A stretch of DNA of 64,000 bases from an uncultured Actinomycetota bacterium (GTDB taxonomy: Bacteria > Actinomycetota > Actinomycetes > Actinomycetales > Dermatophilaceae), in the NCBI GenBank assembly GCA_963803695.1, contig CAWDNY010000011.1, positions 159,504-223,503 on the forward strand, in the 5' to 3' direction. The notes beneath the pieces are model-generated. The model had not been told where the DNA came from. It saw only the letters and a program-made list of their open reading frames with translations, and searched no databases. The position numbers were made by a program, and so were the translations under genes. Positions within the stretch are counted from its first letter, which is position 1. Every line of letters starts with the position of its first letter. This document shows, one piece after another, positions 18,965 to 27,715 of this stretch.

Positions 18965-20145
18965 GCGAACAATCCAAGCCGTGGGCATTGGTGACCTCGC
19001 GAGAGGTCAGGGTGAAACTGACCGATCGCAACTTCTTGATCTCCACCGGCCTGACGCTGATTCTGATCTTCGGGTTGTTGGGCTTCCAGGCCTTTATGGC
19101 GAGCCGGGACTCTGCCCCCGAATACACCGTGGCGGTGACGTCCGCGGAGGGCGAGGCGCTGGTGGGGCAGGGCGAGCAGACTCTTCAGGGCACCGAGGAC
19201 GGAGCCACCGTGGACTCTGAGCTCGTCGCGGACGCCGACGCAGGCACAGCCCTGATCGAAAGCGAAGACGCCGACGCGATGCTGACCCTGGGCGACGACG
19301 GCTGGACGCTGAGCGCCGACGGGGAGGCACCGAGTGACCTTCAGGATGCTCTGTCCGAGGCGGTGCGCACCTCTGCCCTGAGCGCCAACGCCGAGTCGGC
19401 AGGCACCACCGTCCCAGCGCTGCTGGCAGGCAGTCAGCTTGCCACCTCGGACGTGTCCGGAGATGACTCCACCGAGCAGCTCATTCAGGTCGTGGCCGGA
19501 CTGATCTTTGGCGTGTTGTTCTATATGGCCTCGCTGACGTTCGGGATCAGCATCGCTCAGAGCGTCGTGGAGGAGAAGCAGTCCCGGATGGTCGAGATTT
19601 TGGCGGCCGTCATCCCGATCCGCGCGCTGCTGACCGGCAAGGTGCTCGGCAACACGATGCTCGCGTTCGGGCAGATGGCATTAATCGTCGGTGTGGGGTT
19701 GATCGGGCTGAGCTTCACCGAATACGACCAGTATCTGCCGATGATGACCGAGCCGCTGCTGTGGTACCTGCCCTTCTTCATCGCGGGCTTCGTCGCACTG
19801 GCCTGCGTGTGGGCAGCCGCTGGGGCGCTGGCAACACGGGTGGAGGACCTGCAGTCGACCACCCTGCCGTTGACTCTGACCCTGGTGGCGATGTTCGTGA
19901 TCGCGCTTAACCTCGACGGTTTCGCTCGCGTCGTGGGCTCGTTCGTGCCGGTGATCTCCACCATCTTGATGCCGATGCGCCTGCTCGAAGGGGACGTCAT
20001 GTGGTGGGAGCCCGTCGTGGCGCTCGCCGTCACGTTGGCGTTCTGCTGGTTCACGATCAGCCTAGGCAGCACGCTGTATCGTCGCGCCCTGATGCAGACC
20101 CAAGGCCGGGTCACCGTGCGGCAAGCATTGAAGCTCAAAGACTGA
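18961..20145 (+). CDS. ABC-2 type permease (NatB-like)
   Basis: Multi-TM, SVVEEKQSRMVEILAA, LLTGKVLG. Confidence 0.9.
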   Translation: MSEQSKPWALVTSREVRVKLTDRNFLISTGLTLILIFGLLGFQAFMASRDSAPEYTVAVTSAEGEALVGQGEQTLQGTEDGATVDSELVADADAGTALIESEDADAMLTLGDDGWTLSADGEAPSDLQDALSEAVRTSALSANAESAGTTVPALLAGSQLATSDVSGDDSTEQLIQVVAGLIFGVLFYMASLTFGISIAQSVVEEKQSRMVEILAAVIPIRALLTGKVLGNTMLAFGQMALIVGVGLIGLSFTEYDQYLPMMTEPLLWYLPFFIAGFVALACVWAAAGALATRVEDLQSTTLPLTLTLVAMFVIALNLDGFARVVGSFVPVISTILMPMRLLEGDVMWWEPVVALAVTLAFCWFTISLGSTLYRRALMQTQGRVTVRQALKLKD

Positions 20146-20214
20146 AGCTGGTGAGGGGCGATCGGGCGGCTGCCCGAGCCTCGTGACCGCGCTCTCGCCA
20201 CGTAAGGTAACGGC

Positions 20215-21060
20215 GTGGACATCACCGCTGGCTCCATCCCTGGGGGCAGCCCTTTGGTCGCCCTCGATATCGACGGCACGATCGTGCACTGGGACGGTCA
20301 CCTGTCCGAGCGAGTGGCCAAGGCCATCTCCGAACTGGCGCAGAGCCAAGCCACCATCGTGATCGCGACGGGTCGTTCGGTGCTCGCCACGATCCCCATA
20401 CTGCGCCAGCTGGGGTTGGTCCGATCGGGGCTGTATGCCGTGTGTTCCAACGGGGCAGTCACGGTCGTGCTGGACCCGGCGCTTCCGGAGGGTTATCGGC
20501 TGCATCACGTGGTCACCTTCGACCCTAGGCCTGCCGTGGACATCCTGATCAGGCTCATCCCGGACGCGATCATCGCCGTCGAAGACGTGGGGGTCGGCTT
20601 CAAGGTCAACCGGCTGTTTCCTGAGCCCGACCTGGCCGAGCGGCAGATGGTGGTCAGCGTCGATGAACTGGTGGCCAAGCCGGTGCCGCGCGTGACGTTC
20701 CGAGATCTCAGTGCCAAGCCGGTGGACTTCGCTCGGATGATCGACGACATCGGGTTGCACGGGGTGAACTACGCCGTGGGCTTCAGCTCATGGTTGGACC
20801 TGGCTCCAGAGGGTGTGTCGAAGGCCTCCGGGCTGGAGGCAGTCCGGCTGGCGTTGGGCATCGGCTCCGAGCACACCATCGCGGTCGGTGATCAGCGCAA
20901 CGACATCGAGATGTTGCAGTGGGCCGCACGTGGAGTGGCCATGGGGCAGGCCCCGCCCGAGGTGGTGGCAGCGGCCGATGAGGTCACCGATGATGTGCAG
21001 CATGACGGACTGGCCGTGGTGCTCGAGGGCCTGATGTCTGCGCTGGAAGACGTAGCCTGA
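20215..21060 (+). CDS. Cof-type HAD hydrolase
   Basis: ALDIDGT, IATGRS, CSNGA, VSKASGL, AVGDQRNDIEML. Confidence 0.92.
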   Translation: MDITAGSIPGGSPLVALDIDGTIVHWDGHLSERVAKAISELAQSQATIVIATGRSVLATIPILRQLGLVRSGLYAVCSNGAVTVVLDPALPEGYRLHHVVTFDPRPAVDILIRLIPDAIIAVEDVGVGFKVNRLFPEPDLAERQMVVSVDELVAKPVPRVTFRDLSAKPVDFARMIDDIGLHGVNYAVGFSSWLDLAPEGVSKASGLEAVRLALGIGSEHTIAVGDQRNDIEMLQWAARGVAMGQAPPEVVAAADEVTDDVQHDGLAVVLEGLMSALEDVA

Positions 21061-21917
21061 TGCCCACCCACTTGGTGATCACCTCCCCGGCCAATCCCCG
21101 GCTCAAGTCGTTGGCCGCGTTGCGTCGCCGGCGCACCCGTGAGGAAGAGGGCGTCACCCTGGTCGAGGGCTATGAGGAGTTGCAGTTGGCGTTGGCTGCA
21201 GGCGTTCGGCCTCGCTCGCTGTTCTTCTGCCCGGAGTTGATGGCTGACCCGGGCACCCAGCGTGCGCTGATCGACGAAACGTCCAGTCGTGGTGCCGACA
21301 TCTTCGAGTTGAGCCGCGCGGCTTTCGAACGGGCGGCCTATCGCGAGGGTCCGGACGGATTCTTGGCGGTCGTCGCGACCGTGCACCGGATCTGCGACGA
21401 CCTCGAGGTGCCCGACGATGCGCTCATCCTGATCTGTGAGGGTGTGGAGAAGCCAGGCAACCTCGGTGCCATGCTGCGCACCGCCGATGCCGCCGGTCTC
21501 GACGCCGTGATCGCTGCCGACCCGGTGACCGATTGGGGCAATCCCAACGTGGTCCGCTCCTCCAAGGGGACCGTGTTTTCGATGCTCGTGGCCAGCGACA
21601 CTACCGAAGCGACCATGGGCTGGTTGGCGGCCCGCGGCATACCGATCATCGCGGCGACCCCGGACACGACCGTGCTGCATACAGACATCTCGTATGCCGG
21701 CGCGCTGGCCATTGCGGTGGGGGCTGAGAAGCATGGATTGACCGCTGAGGTCTTGGCCGGCGCGGCTCACAAGGTGCGGATTCCGATGGTCGGTCAGGCC
21801 AACTCGCTGAACGTCTCGACGTCGGCCGCGATCGTGGTTTACGAAGCCGTGCGGCAGCGTCGAGCAGCGATGAACGGGTCGCTGCCCGCAGAGGCGGATG
21901 GTCAAAGCACCTCGTGA
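21060..21917 (+). CDS. TrmH/SpoU-family RNA methyltransferase
   Basis: ITSPANPRLK, VEKPGNLGAMLRTADAAG, VGAEKHGL, SLNVSTSAAI. Confidence 0.93.
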   Translation: MPTHLVITSPANPRLKSLAALRRRRTREEEGVTLVEGYEELQLALAAGVRPRSLFFCPELMADPGTQRALIDETSSRGADIFELSRAAFERAAYREGPDGFLAVVATVHRICDDLEVPDDALILICEGVEKPGNLGAMLRTADAAGLDAVIAADPVTDWGNPNVVRSSKGTVFSMLVASDTTEATMGWLAARGIPIIAATPDTTVLHTDISYAGALAIAVGAEKHGLTAEVLAGAAHKVRIPMVGQANSLNVSTSAAIVVYEAVRQRRAAMNGSLPAEADGQSTS

Positions 21918-21937
21918 TCTGTGTCACGATGTTGGGT

Positions 21938-22576
21938 ATGCGGATCGATCACGTCTGTTATGCAGCCGGACCCGAAGGCATGAGAGCCACCGCGCTGCGG
22001 CTGGCCGAGTTGCTGCAGGTGACCCCATGCGAAGGCGGTGTCCATCCCCGCTTCGGCACACGAAACATGGTGTTGCCGCTAGCCGACGGGCGCTACCTCG
22101 AGGTCGTCGAGGTGTTGGATCACCCTGCCTCGGACAAGGCTCCGTTTGGCCAAGCCGTGCGGGCGCGGTCAGATCAGGGCGGTGGGTGGATGGCCTGGGT
22201 GGTGGCTGTCGATGACCTCTCGGACATCGAGGAACGGCTGGGGCGCGAGGCAGTCCCGGGCAATCGGCATACGCCCGAGGGCATCGAGCTCACATGGCAT
22301 CAGATCGGCATCAAATCGTTGATCGAGGACCCGCAGTTGCCGTTCTTCGTTCGCTGGGATTCACTCGAGCACCACCCGTCGAAGTTGGGCGGGGATGGGG
22401 CCAAACTGGTCGGCCTGCACATCGCCGGAGACCCGGTGAAGATCCACGAGTGGCTTGGTGTCCCGGATGTCGCGTCGTCCTGGGAGAGCGGCATTGACGT
22501 GGAGTTCGACCACTCCGATATGCACGCCCTTGAGTCCGTCGTCTTCGCGACCGCAGGCGGCACCGTCACCATCTGA
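21938..22576 (+). CDS. VOC (glyoxalase-like) family protein
   Basis: MRIDHVCYA, GGVHPRFGTRN, YLEVVEV, PFFVRW. Confidence 0.85.
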   Translation: MRIDHVCYAAGPEGMRATALRLAELLQVTPCEGGVHPRFGTRNMVLPLADGRYLEVVEVLDHPASDKAPFGQAVRARSDQGGGWMAWVVAVDDLSDIEERLGREAVPGNRHTPEGIELTWHQIGIKSLIEDPQLPFFVRWDSLEHHPSKLGGDGAKLVGLHIAGDPVKIHEWLGVPDVASSWESGIDVEFDHSDMHALESVVFATAGGTVTI

Positions 22577-22617
22577 GGCATCACGCCCGAGCAAGGCTGT
22601 CCGCTTGCAGGTTTCGC

Positions 22618-22977
22618 TCATGTGACTAGGTCAATCTGATGCGGCCCCGTTAACAGGGCCGTTCTTGAGCCAGCCTGGCCAGCGCCGAGTTGAGGTGGAT
22701 GCCAACGGGCACCAACGCCGCCTCGAGTGAGGCGAGCCCTAAATGTGATGCCGCGAGCAATCTCCTGCGTACGAAGCGCGGAGGTCAACTTTTCACAGTC
22801 CAGGCTCTCGTGGGAGGTGATGATGAAGATATCAACGAGGTCGCAGAACCGCCCGGAAGGTCTGTTGCTGTGGGTTTCGTACATCGCGGCAACTTTGTCC
22901 CTTGTCGGCGGTATGGTCGACGAGCGAATGTAGCTGTGAAAAGAACCGATAGGTGGCCGATGTTTCGCGCGGAACAT
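22618..22977 (-). pseudogene. Remnant of an AbiEii-type nucleotidyltransferase toxin
   Basis: SLVDHTADK, then a 7-nt imperfect duplication (GACAAGG/GACAAAG near 22906-22893), then DKVAAMYETH...PSGRFCDLVDI; resembles the HxADK...RxxDLxD C-terminus of actinobacterial AbiEii (from memory). Confidence 0.5.
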
Positions 22978-23046
22978 CGGCCAGAGTTGAAGGTCTGCGC
23001 TCGTTGGCTTCGATTCGAGCTAGGCACTCACCTTTCGCAAGCCTGT

Positions 23047-23781
23047 TTATGTTTTCGACGCGAGGAAGTCCGAGCCCAGTGGGCGTTGTCGGGCATAGAC
23101 GACCGTGTTATCTCGGTAGTGATTGACCCTTGAATCCCAGGCTCCTGCGCATGTGATAATTCGCAATTCGGGGTCAGTCGTGTCGCCGTACACGGTCGCG
23201 GTCGGGAATCGATCCGTGGGGTACTGCTCTACTCCATAGACCTCGAAAATGTTCTTTGAGCCATCGCTGTTGTCTATCAAGACTAAATCGCCGACCTGCA
23301 ACTCGGCCAGCCTGAAAAAGACAGACGGTGTACCCCCACGACCGTTGACGTGGCCCAGCAGGACGGCGGGGCCCGTCTCGCCGGGACTGGGAGAACCGGT
23401 GAACCAGCCGACGTGGTCATAGGACGGACCGCGCGCGGGAACCTCAAGACTTCCGTCAGCGTTCAGACCCAGCGGATCAAGTGTAGAACTGACCCCAATG
23501 TCGGGTATCGCTATTTCCGAGGGTTGGCTGTCACGCACACCCACTCCTTGGGGTGGGGTCGAGCGGGTCCCTGGTTTCGCCCCGGTATCGCCGGAAGACG
23601 AGGGAACTTCCAACGCGCGGTGATCGAGTTCAGCAGTAGCGGTTGTGGTGGCTAGCGGCGTATGTGCAGTTGTGACGGATACGCCCGCGGTCACCAGCAC
23701 GCTGACCCCCGCCGCTAGCGAGACCCAGCACGCTGCGACAGCAATCCGTCTTCGATAGCGTGTCGCGTCGGTTCTCAGCAC
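23047..23781 (-). CDS. Class F sortase
   Basis: N-terminal TM, IAIPDIGV, LGLNADGSLEVP, VGWFTGSPSPGETGPAVLLGHVN (His), ELRIITCAG (Cys), YRDNTVVYA. Confidence 0.93.
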   Translation of the reverse strand: MLRTDATRYRRRIAVAACWVSLAAGVSVLVTAGVSVTTAHTPLATTTATAELDHRALEVPSSSGDTGAKPGTRSTPPQGVGVRDSQPSEIAIPDIGVSSTLDPLGLNADGSLEVPARGPSYDHVGWFTGSPSPGETGPAVLLGHVNGRGGTPSVFFRLAELQVGDLVLIDNSDGSKNIFEVYGVEQYPTDRFPTATVYGDTTDPELRIITCAGAWDSRVNHYRDNTVVYARQRPLGSDFLASKT

Positions 23782-23782
23782 C

Positions 23783-23989
23783 TCAGCCTGTTCCCGTCTG
23801 CCTACGGGAACGGCCCAGGGCCAAACCCCCGAGCCCCAGGCTCATCAACAGTGCGCCGACGACAAACGGGAACGGACTGATTCCCGTGGCGGCGGGACTG
23901 CCACCAGTTTGTACTCCCCCCACGGGAAGAGGGCTGACCTGCCCAGACCCTGAACCACCGGAGCCCGGGTTGTCAGACCCTGAACCACC
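23783..23989 (-). pseudogene. Detached 3' end of the ice-binding protein gene (linker repeat plus sorting signal)
   Basis: GGSGSDNPGSGGSGSGQVSPLPVGGVQTGG...FPFVVGALLMSLGLGGLALGRSRRQTGTG*; stop at 23783-23785 is 1 nt before the sortase start; in frame with 26453..27483 once the IS and one direct repeat are removed. Confidence 0.88.
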
Positions 23990-26452
23990 AGGACTCCTGA
24001 CATGGCGCAGGAGTCAGGGTGATGTTCGGGGTGGTTCTGGGCTTGTTTTGATTCGGTAGCGCAGGAGACGGTTGGTGCCGGGGTAGGTCGTGTTTGTGGC
24101 GTTGAGGTGTTCGCACAACTGGGCGACGGCCTTGGTCTGGCGGGTGGTGGGCATCGGGTCCAGGCTGATGGTCAGGACCCCGGGGGTGCGGGGGTCGATG
24201 TCGCCGGTGTGGGTCAGGATCTGCCGGGCCAGGGTGTAGGCCTCTTGGCCGGCGCGGGCGTAGTTGGTGTGCAACCGGATGTGCCGGGCGATGGTGGTGA
24301 TGGTGTTGAACGCGGCCATCTTGATGGCGTGGGTCAGCAGTTTCGTTTCGACGTTCAGGACCTGTTGGTGAGGGGACAGTTGTCCTAGCGGTACCCGGGT
24401 CGGGGTGTCGGTGTGGCGGGTCTGGGCGGCGGCCAAGTCGTCGTGCGCGGTAGCAAGGTCCGCGGTGATTTCGTTGTGTCTGGTGTTCGTGAGCAGCACG
24501 GTGCCGGCGCCGGCCGCGGGCGTGCGGGCAGCGAGCAGGGCCGCGTCGGTTTTGGCGCGTTCGCGGTGGACGTGGGCACGGGCCGTTTGTACGGCGTGGT
24601 GCGCGGTGCGTTTGGCCGGGTTGGGCACGGACCGGGACGGGTCATCGGGTGTGGCGGTGTAGGTGTCGTGGGAGTCCAGGTCTAGGTGTAACCGGCCGTA
24701 GCGGAAGTAGTTCTCCTGGCGCCACCGCGAACCCATCCGGTACATCACGTCCCCCGCGGTCAGGTCGGTGCGGGTGCTCAGTACGTGGGCTTGCTTGCCG
24801 GTGCGTGGGTCGCGGCGGGTGACCTGGCGCATGCCGAACGTGGCCCCTTCACCACCGGTGACGGGTAGGTCCACTCTGGTGTCGGCCAGGTCCCAGTTGT
24901 GCTCCCGTCCGGTCTGGTCGACGTGGGACACCTGCTCGAACGCGGTGATGTCGAGGTCGGGGGCGGGGTGTTTGCGCCAGGTGAGCACGTCGAACCCGTG
25001 GTGGTGCATGTGCGCGAATAGGGCCGGTGACCACCCGCCGCGGTCGAATCCGACCAGGACCCGCCGCTCGTCTCCGACGGCGTGGCGTAGTTGGGGTAGC
25101 AGGGCGCGTAGTTCCATCGCCAGCGACGCGCCCGGTTGGGCCATCACGACCAGGACGGGGTCGCCCGCGGCGTCGCATACCCAGGTCTCCACGGTGGCCG
25201 GGGCGGGGAACCGTAACCGGGACAGGTGGGTCTTAGCGATCCGCTTGGTGCCCTGGTAGGCGCGGACGTGCCCATCGACGTACAACACCACACCGTCCTC
25301 CCCGTCCTGACCGGCTTCGTTTTTGACGCCCTCCAGGTGGGTGGCGGCCATGGCGGCGATCAACTCCGGTGCCTTGTCCGTGGCGGCGAGTTGGCCCAGT
25401 TTGCGGCGGATGGTCTTGACCTCTGGTGCCCGGTCCATGCCCAGCACCCGGCCGAGCGCGGCCGGGTCGATCCGGGCTGCGCCCTCAGCCCGCGGCGCGC
25501 CTGCCAGGGTCCGGAACACGGCCTCGGTCAACACCGTGTCCAACCCGTAGAACCCGTCCGGCAACGCCCCGTACACGTGTGTGGCGCAGTCCAGCAGCCC
25601 GGTACGTTCCAGGCCGGGCAGCCCCAGGAGCAGCCCGGCCAACGGGACCCGCGCGGCCGGGGTGAACACCGGCGCGGCGTGGCCCAGCAGCCCGGCCCGG
25701 GCCAAGCCCCGCTCGGCCCACCGGGGTACCGGGTCGGCCAGCACCGGCAACAGGCCCTCCTGCTCCTTCGCGGGCTCGGGCTCGACGGGGCCGACCGCGT
25801 CGGAAGGGTCTTGCCCGTCGTTGCCGGGCTGGTCACCCTCCTCCTGCTCGACCGTGCCGGACTGCCCATCCACCTCATCGCTGTCTTGGGCACCCTGGTG
25901 CGCGGCCATTACCGTGCGCACGCTGCCCTCGCTGACCCCGACCGTGGCCGCCACGGCCCGATTCGAGCCGCCCGCGGCCTTGCCCGCAATAATGTCTGCG
26001 ACCACGTCGCCGGTCAGCTTCGAGGCCCGCTTGGGGCCCTTCTTCTCCCCGACCAGGCTCCCCACGCCCTGGCCCGCGTACGCGGTGCGCCACCGCCAGA
26101 TCGTTTGATCGGTGACTCCGAACGCCGCCGCGACCGGCCGGGTCGCGGCGATCTCAAGCTCGACCAGTTGCACCGCTGCTAACCGCCGGCACGCCTCGTC
26201 CCCAGGACCCCACGCGAAGACCACCTCACCGCGTACGTACACCTGCCCACCGGTCTCGTCCGTCACCAGCCCAGCGACGTCCCCGACCTGCACGGCCCGG
26301 GCCGGCAGCACCGGCAGCGGGGCTTGGAGGGTCATGAGACCCATCATCCCCACCCACCCAACAACACATACAACATAACTTCTATTATTACTCATAGACG
26401 GGGCAAACCCGCTGGTGACACGCCGTCAAACCACCCCTATGTCAGGAGTCCT
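23990..26452 (-). mobile_element. Insertion sequence, 2463 bp, 14-bp terminal inverted repeats, 8-bp direct repeat
   Basis: AGGACTCCTGACAT (23990-24003) / ATGTCAGGAGTCCT (26439-26452); GAACCACC at 23982-23989 and 26453-26460. Confidence 0.92.
24014..26395 (-). CDS. Large DDE transposase (IS4-superfamily-like; family not assigned; start probably 26335-26347)
   Basis: N-terminal HTHs (VAAAFGVTDQTIWRW; VAATVGVSEGSVR), YVDGH, FDRGG, RWRQENYFR. Confidence 0.9.
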   Translation of the reverse strand: MSNNRSYVVCVVGWVGMMGLMTLQAPLPVLPARAVQVGDVAGLVTDETGGQVYVRGEVVFAWGPGDEACRRLAAVQLVELEIAATRPVAAAFGVTDQTIWRWRTAYAGQGVGSLVGEKKGPKRASKLTGDVVADIIAGKAAGGSNRAVAATVGVSEGSVRTVMAAHQGAQDSDEVDGQSGTVEQEEGDQPGNDGQDPSDAVGPVEPEPAKEQEGLLPVLADPVPRWAERGLARAGLLGHAAPVFTPAARVPLAGLLLGLPGLERTGLLDCATHVYGALPDGFYGLDTVLTEAVFRTLAGAPRAEGAARIDPAALGRVLGMDRAPEVKTIRRKLGQLAATDKAPELIAAMAATHLEGVKNEAGQDGEDGVVLYVDGHVRAYQGTKRIAKTHLSRLRFPAPATVETWVCDAAGDPVLVVMAQPGASLAMELRALLPQLRHAVGDERRVLVGFDRGGWSPALFAHMHHHGFDVLTWRKHPAPDLDITAFEQVSHVDQTGREHNWDLADTRVDLPVTGGEGATFGMRQVTRRDPRTGKQAHVLSTRTDLTAGDVMYRMGSRWRQENYFRYGRLHLDLDSHDTYTATPDDPSRSVPNPAKRTAHHAVQTARAHVHRERAKTDAALLAARTPAAGAGTVLLTNTRHNEITADLATAHDDLAAAQTRHTDTPTRVPLGQLSPHQQVLNVETKLLTHAIKMAAFNTITTIARHIRLHTNYARAGQEAYTLARQILTHTGDIDPRTPGVLTISLDPMPTTRQTKAVAQLCEHLNATNTTYPGTNRLLRYRIKTSPEPPRTSP

Positions 26453-27483
26453 GAACCACCGGAGCCCGGATTGTCAGAGCCGGAACCACCAGAGCCCGGA
26501 TTGTCAGAGCCGGAACCACCAGAGCCCGGGTTGTCAGACCCTGAACCACCGGAGCCCGGGTTGTCAGACCCTGAACCACCGGAGCCCGAGTTGCCGGAAC
26601 CCGTGGTGGGAGTTGGCTCTGGAGTGGTCGGGCCAGGCGTGGTGGGAGTTGGCTCTGGAGTGGTCGGGCCAGGCGTGGTGGGAGTTGGCTCTGGAGTGGT
26701 CGGGCCAGGCGTGGTGGCGGTTGGCTCATCAGTAGTTGGTGTGGGAGCGTCCGCGCACTCGGGGGCAGAGATGGTATTGGTGTCCAGGGTGACTGCGCCA
26801 TTGCGAGCCAGGAGCCGTCCCTGAACTGTGGCTCCGGTGTCGGCGGTGATCGACGTTAGGGCGATCACGGTCCCGGCAAAAGCGCTGCCGGTGCCGATGG
26901 TGGCCGAACTGCCGACTTGCCAGTAGACGTCACAGGCGTTGGCTCCGTTGATAAACACGACGGAGCTGCTGGAGCCGGTGGTCAGCGTGCTGGCTGTCTG
27001 GAAGATGAACACCGGATCGGTTTCGTTCGCCCCGTCCAGAGTCAACTGGCCGTTGAGTTCGAGCGTGTTCCCGGTGTAAACGCCCGGGACCAAGGACTGG
27101 CCTGCGAGGTCGGCGGTCACCGTGACGTCTGTGGGTTGGCCAGCCGCATCGTTGTAGGCCGTAGCCAGGTCATCTTTCGCCATGTTCGCAACAGCGTCTG
27201 CGGCGTGAAGTTCGCCGTTCACGATACCGGGGGGAAACCCGGTGATCGCCGTGCCAGGGCTCACCCCAAGGTCGCGGCCGATGACGGATGGCCCAGTGTT
27301 GGTGACCGTCGAACCGCCAAGGATAGAGTAGGCGCCCGCTGTACCAAGACCTACCCTGACGGCAGCAGCGACGGGCCCGGTTGAGACCACTACGAGCATG
27401 GCGCTGACTACCAGCGCACCCACTCCTGCGAGTAGCCAATAAGGAAGATAGGAATTACGGCGGGTTTTGGGGCTGGATGGCAT
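26437..27483 (-). CDS. Ice-binding family protein (DUF3494), C-terminally truncated by the IS
   Basis: AAGGAG RBS then ATG 27483; signal peptide; LGTAGAYSILGGSTVTNTGPSVI, DLATAYNDAAG, LVPGVY, LTLDG, VFIFQ, VYWQVGSSATIGT, GRLLARNGAVTLDTNTI; PT- and GS-rich linker. Confidence 0.93.
   Translation of the reverse strand: MPSSPKTRRNSYLPYWLLAGVGALVVSAMLVVVSTGPVAAAVRVGLGTAGAYSILGGSTVTNTGPSVIGRDLGVSPGTAITGFPPGIVNGELHAADAVANMAKDDLATAYNDAAGQPTDVTVTADLAGQSLVPGVYTGNTLELNGQLTLDGANETDPVFIFQTASTLTTGSSSSVVFINGANACDVYWQVGSSATIGTGSAFAGTVIALTSITADTGATVQGRLLARNGAVTLDTNTISAPECADAPTPTTDEPTATTPGPTTPEPTPTTPGPTTPEPTPTTPGPTTPEPTPTTGSGNSGSGGSGSDNPGSGGSGSDNPGSGGSGSDNPGSGGSGSDNPGSGGSGLLT
26453..26595. repeat. 30-bp coding tandem repeat (GSGGSGSDNP); continues at 23952-23989 across the IS
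   Basis: gaaccacc[g/a]gagcccgg[a/g]ttgtcaga[g/c]cc[g/t], about 4.7 units right of the IS and 1.3 units left. Confidence 0.9.
26603..26717. repeat. 36-bp coding tandem repeat x3 (TTPGPTTPEPTP-type linker)
   Basis: gtggtgggagttggctctggagtggtcgggccaggc at 26603, 26639 and 26675. Confidence 0.92.
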
Positions 27484-27715
27484 TGGACTCCTTAAATAGC
27501 GAGCAGCGAATTGCTGCAACGGGTCCTAATTCAAGAAGCCGCCACGCTTGGTCCACAGTATGCACCGCCCTGAACTTCTTTCCAATATTTCTCGATCAAT
27601 GAGGGCAAATTTGAGGCTCAATCTTGATAAACCAACCAATTTCTAGACCGAAAAAAGGGACCGCGGAGGGGTAGTCGAGACGTTGGCGCGAAATTCAAAT
27701 GAGTAGTCAGTGAGT

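Noticed and set aside
25226-26182. 318-aa plus-strand ORF inside the IS
   Set aside because: Antisense to the transposase with no recognisable domain
26453-26717. 30-bp and 36-bp repeat arrays as a CRISPR array
   Set aside because: Units are contiguous with no unique spacers, are multiples of 3, and encode the protein linker; no cas genes are present
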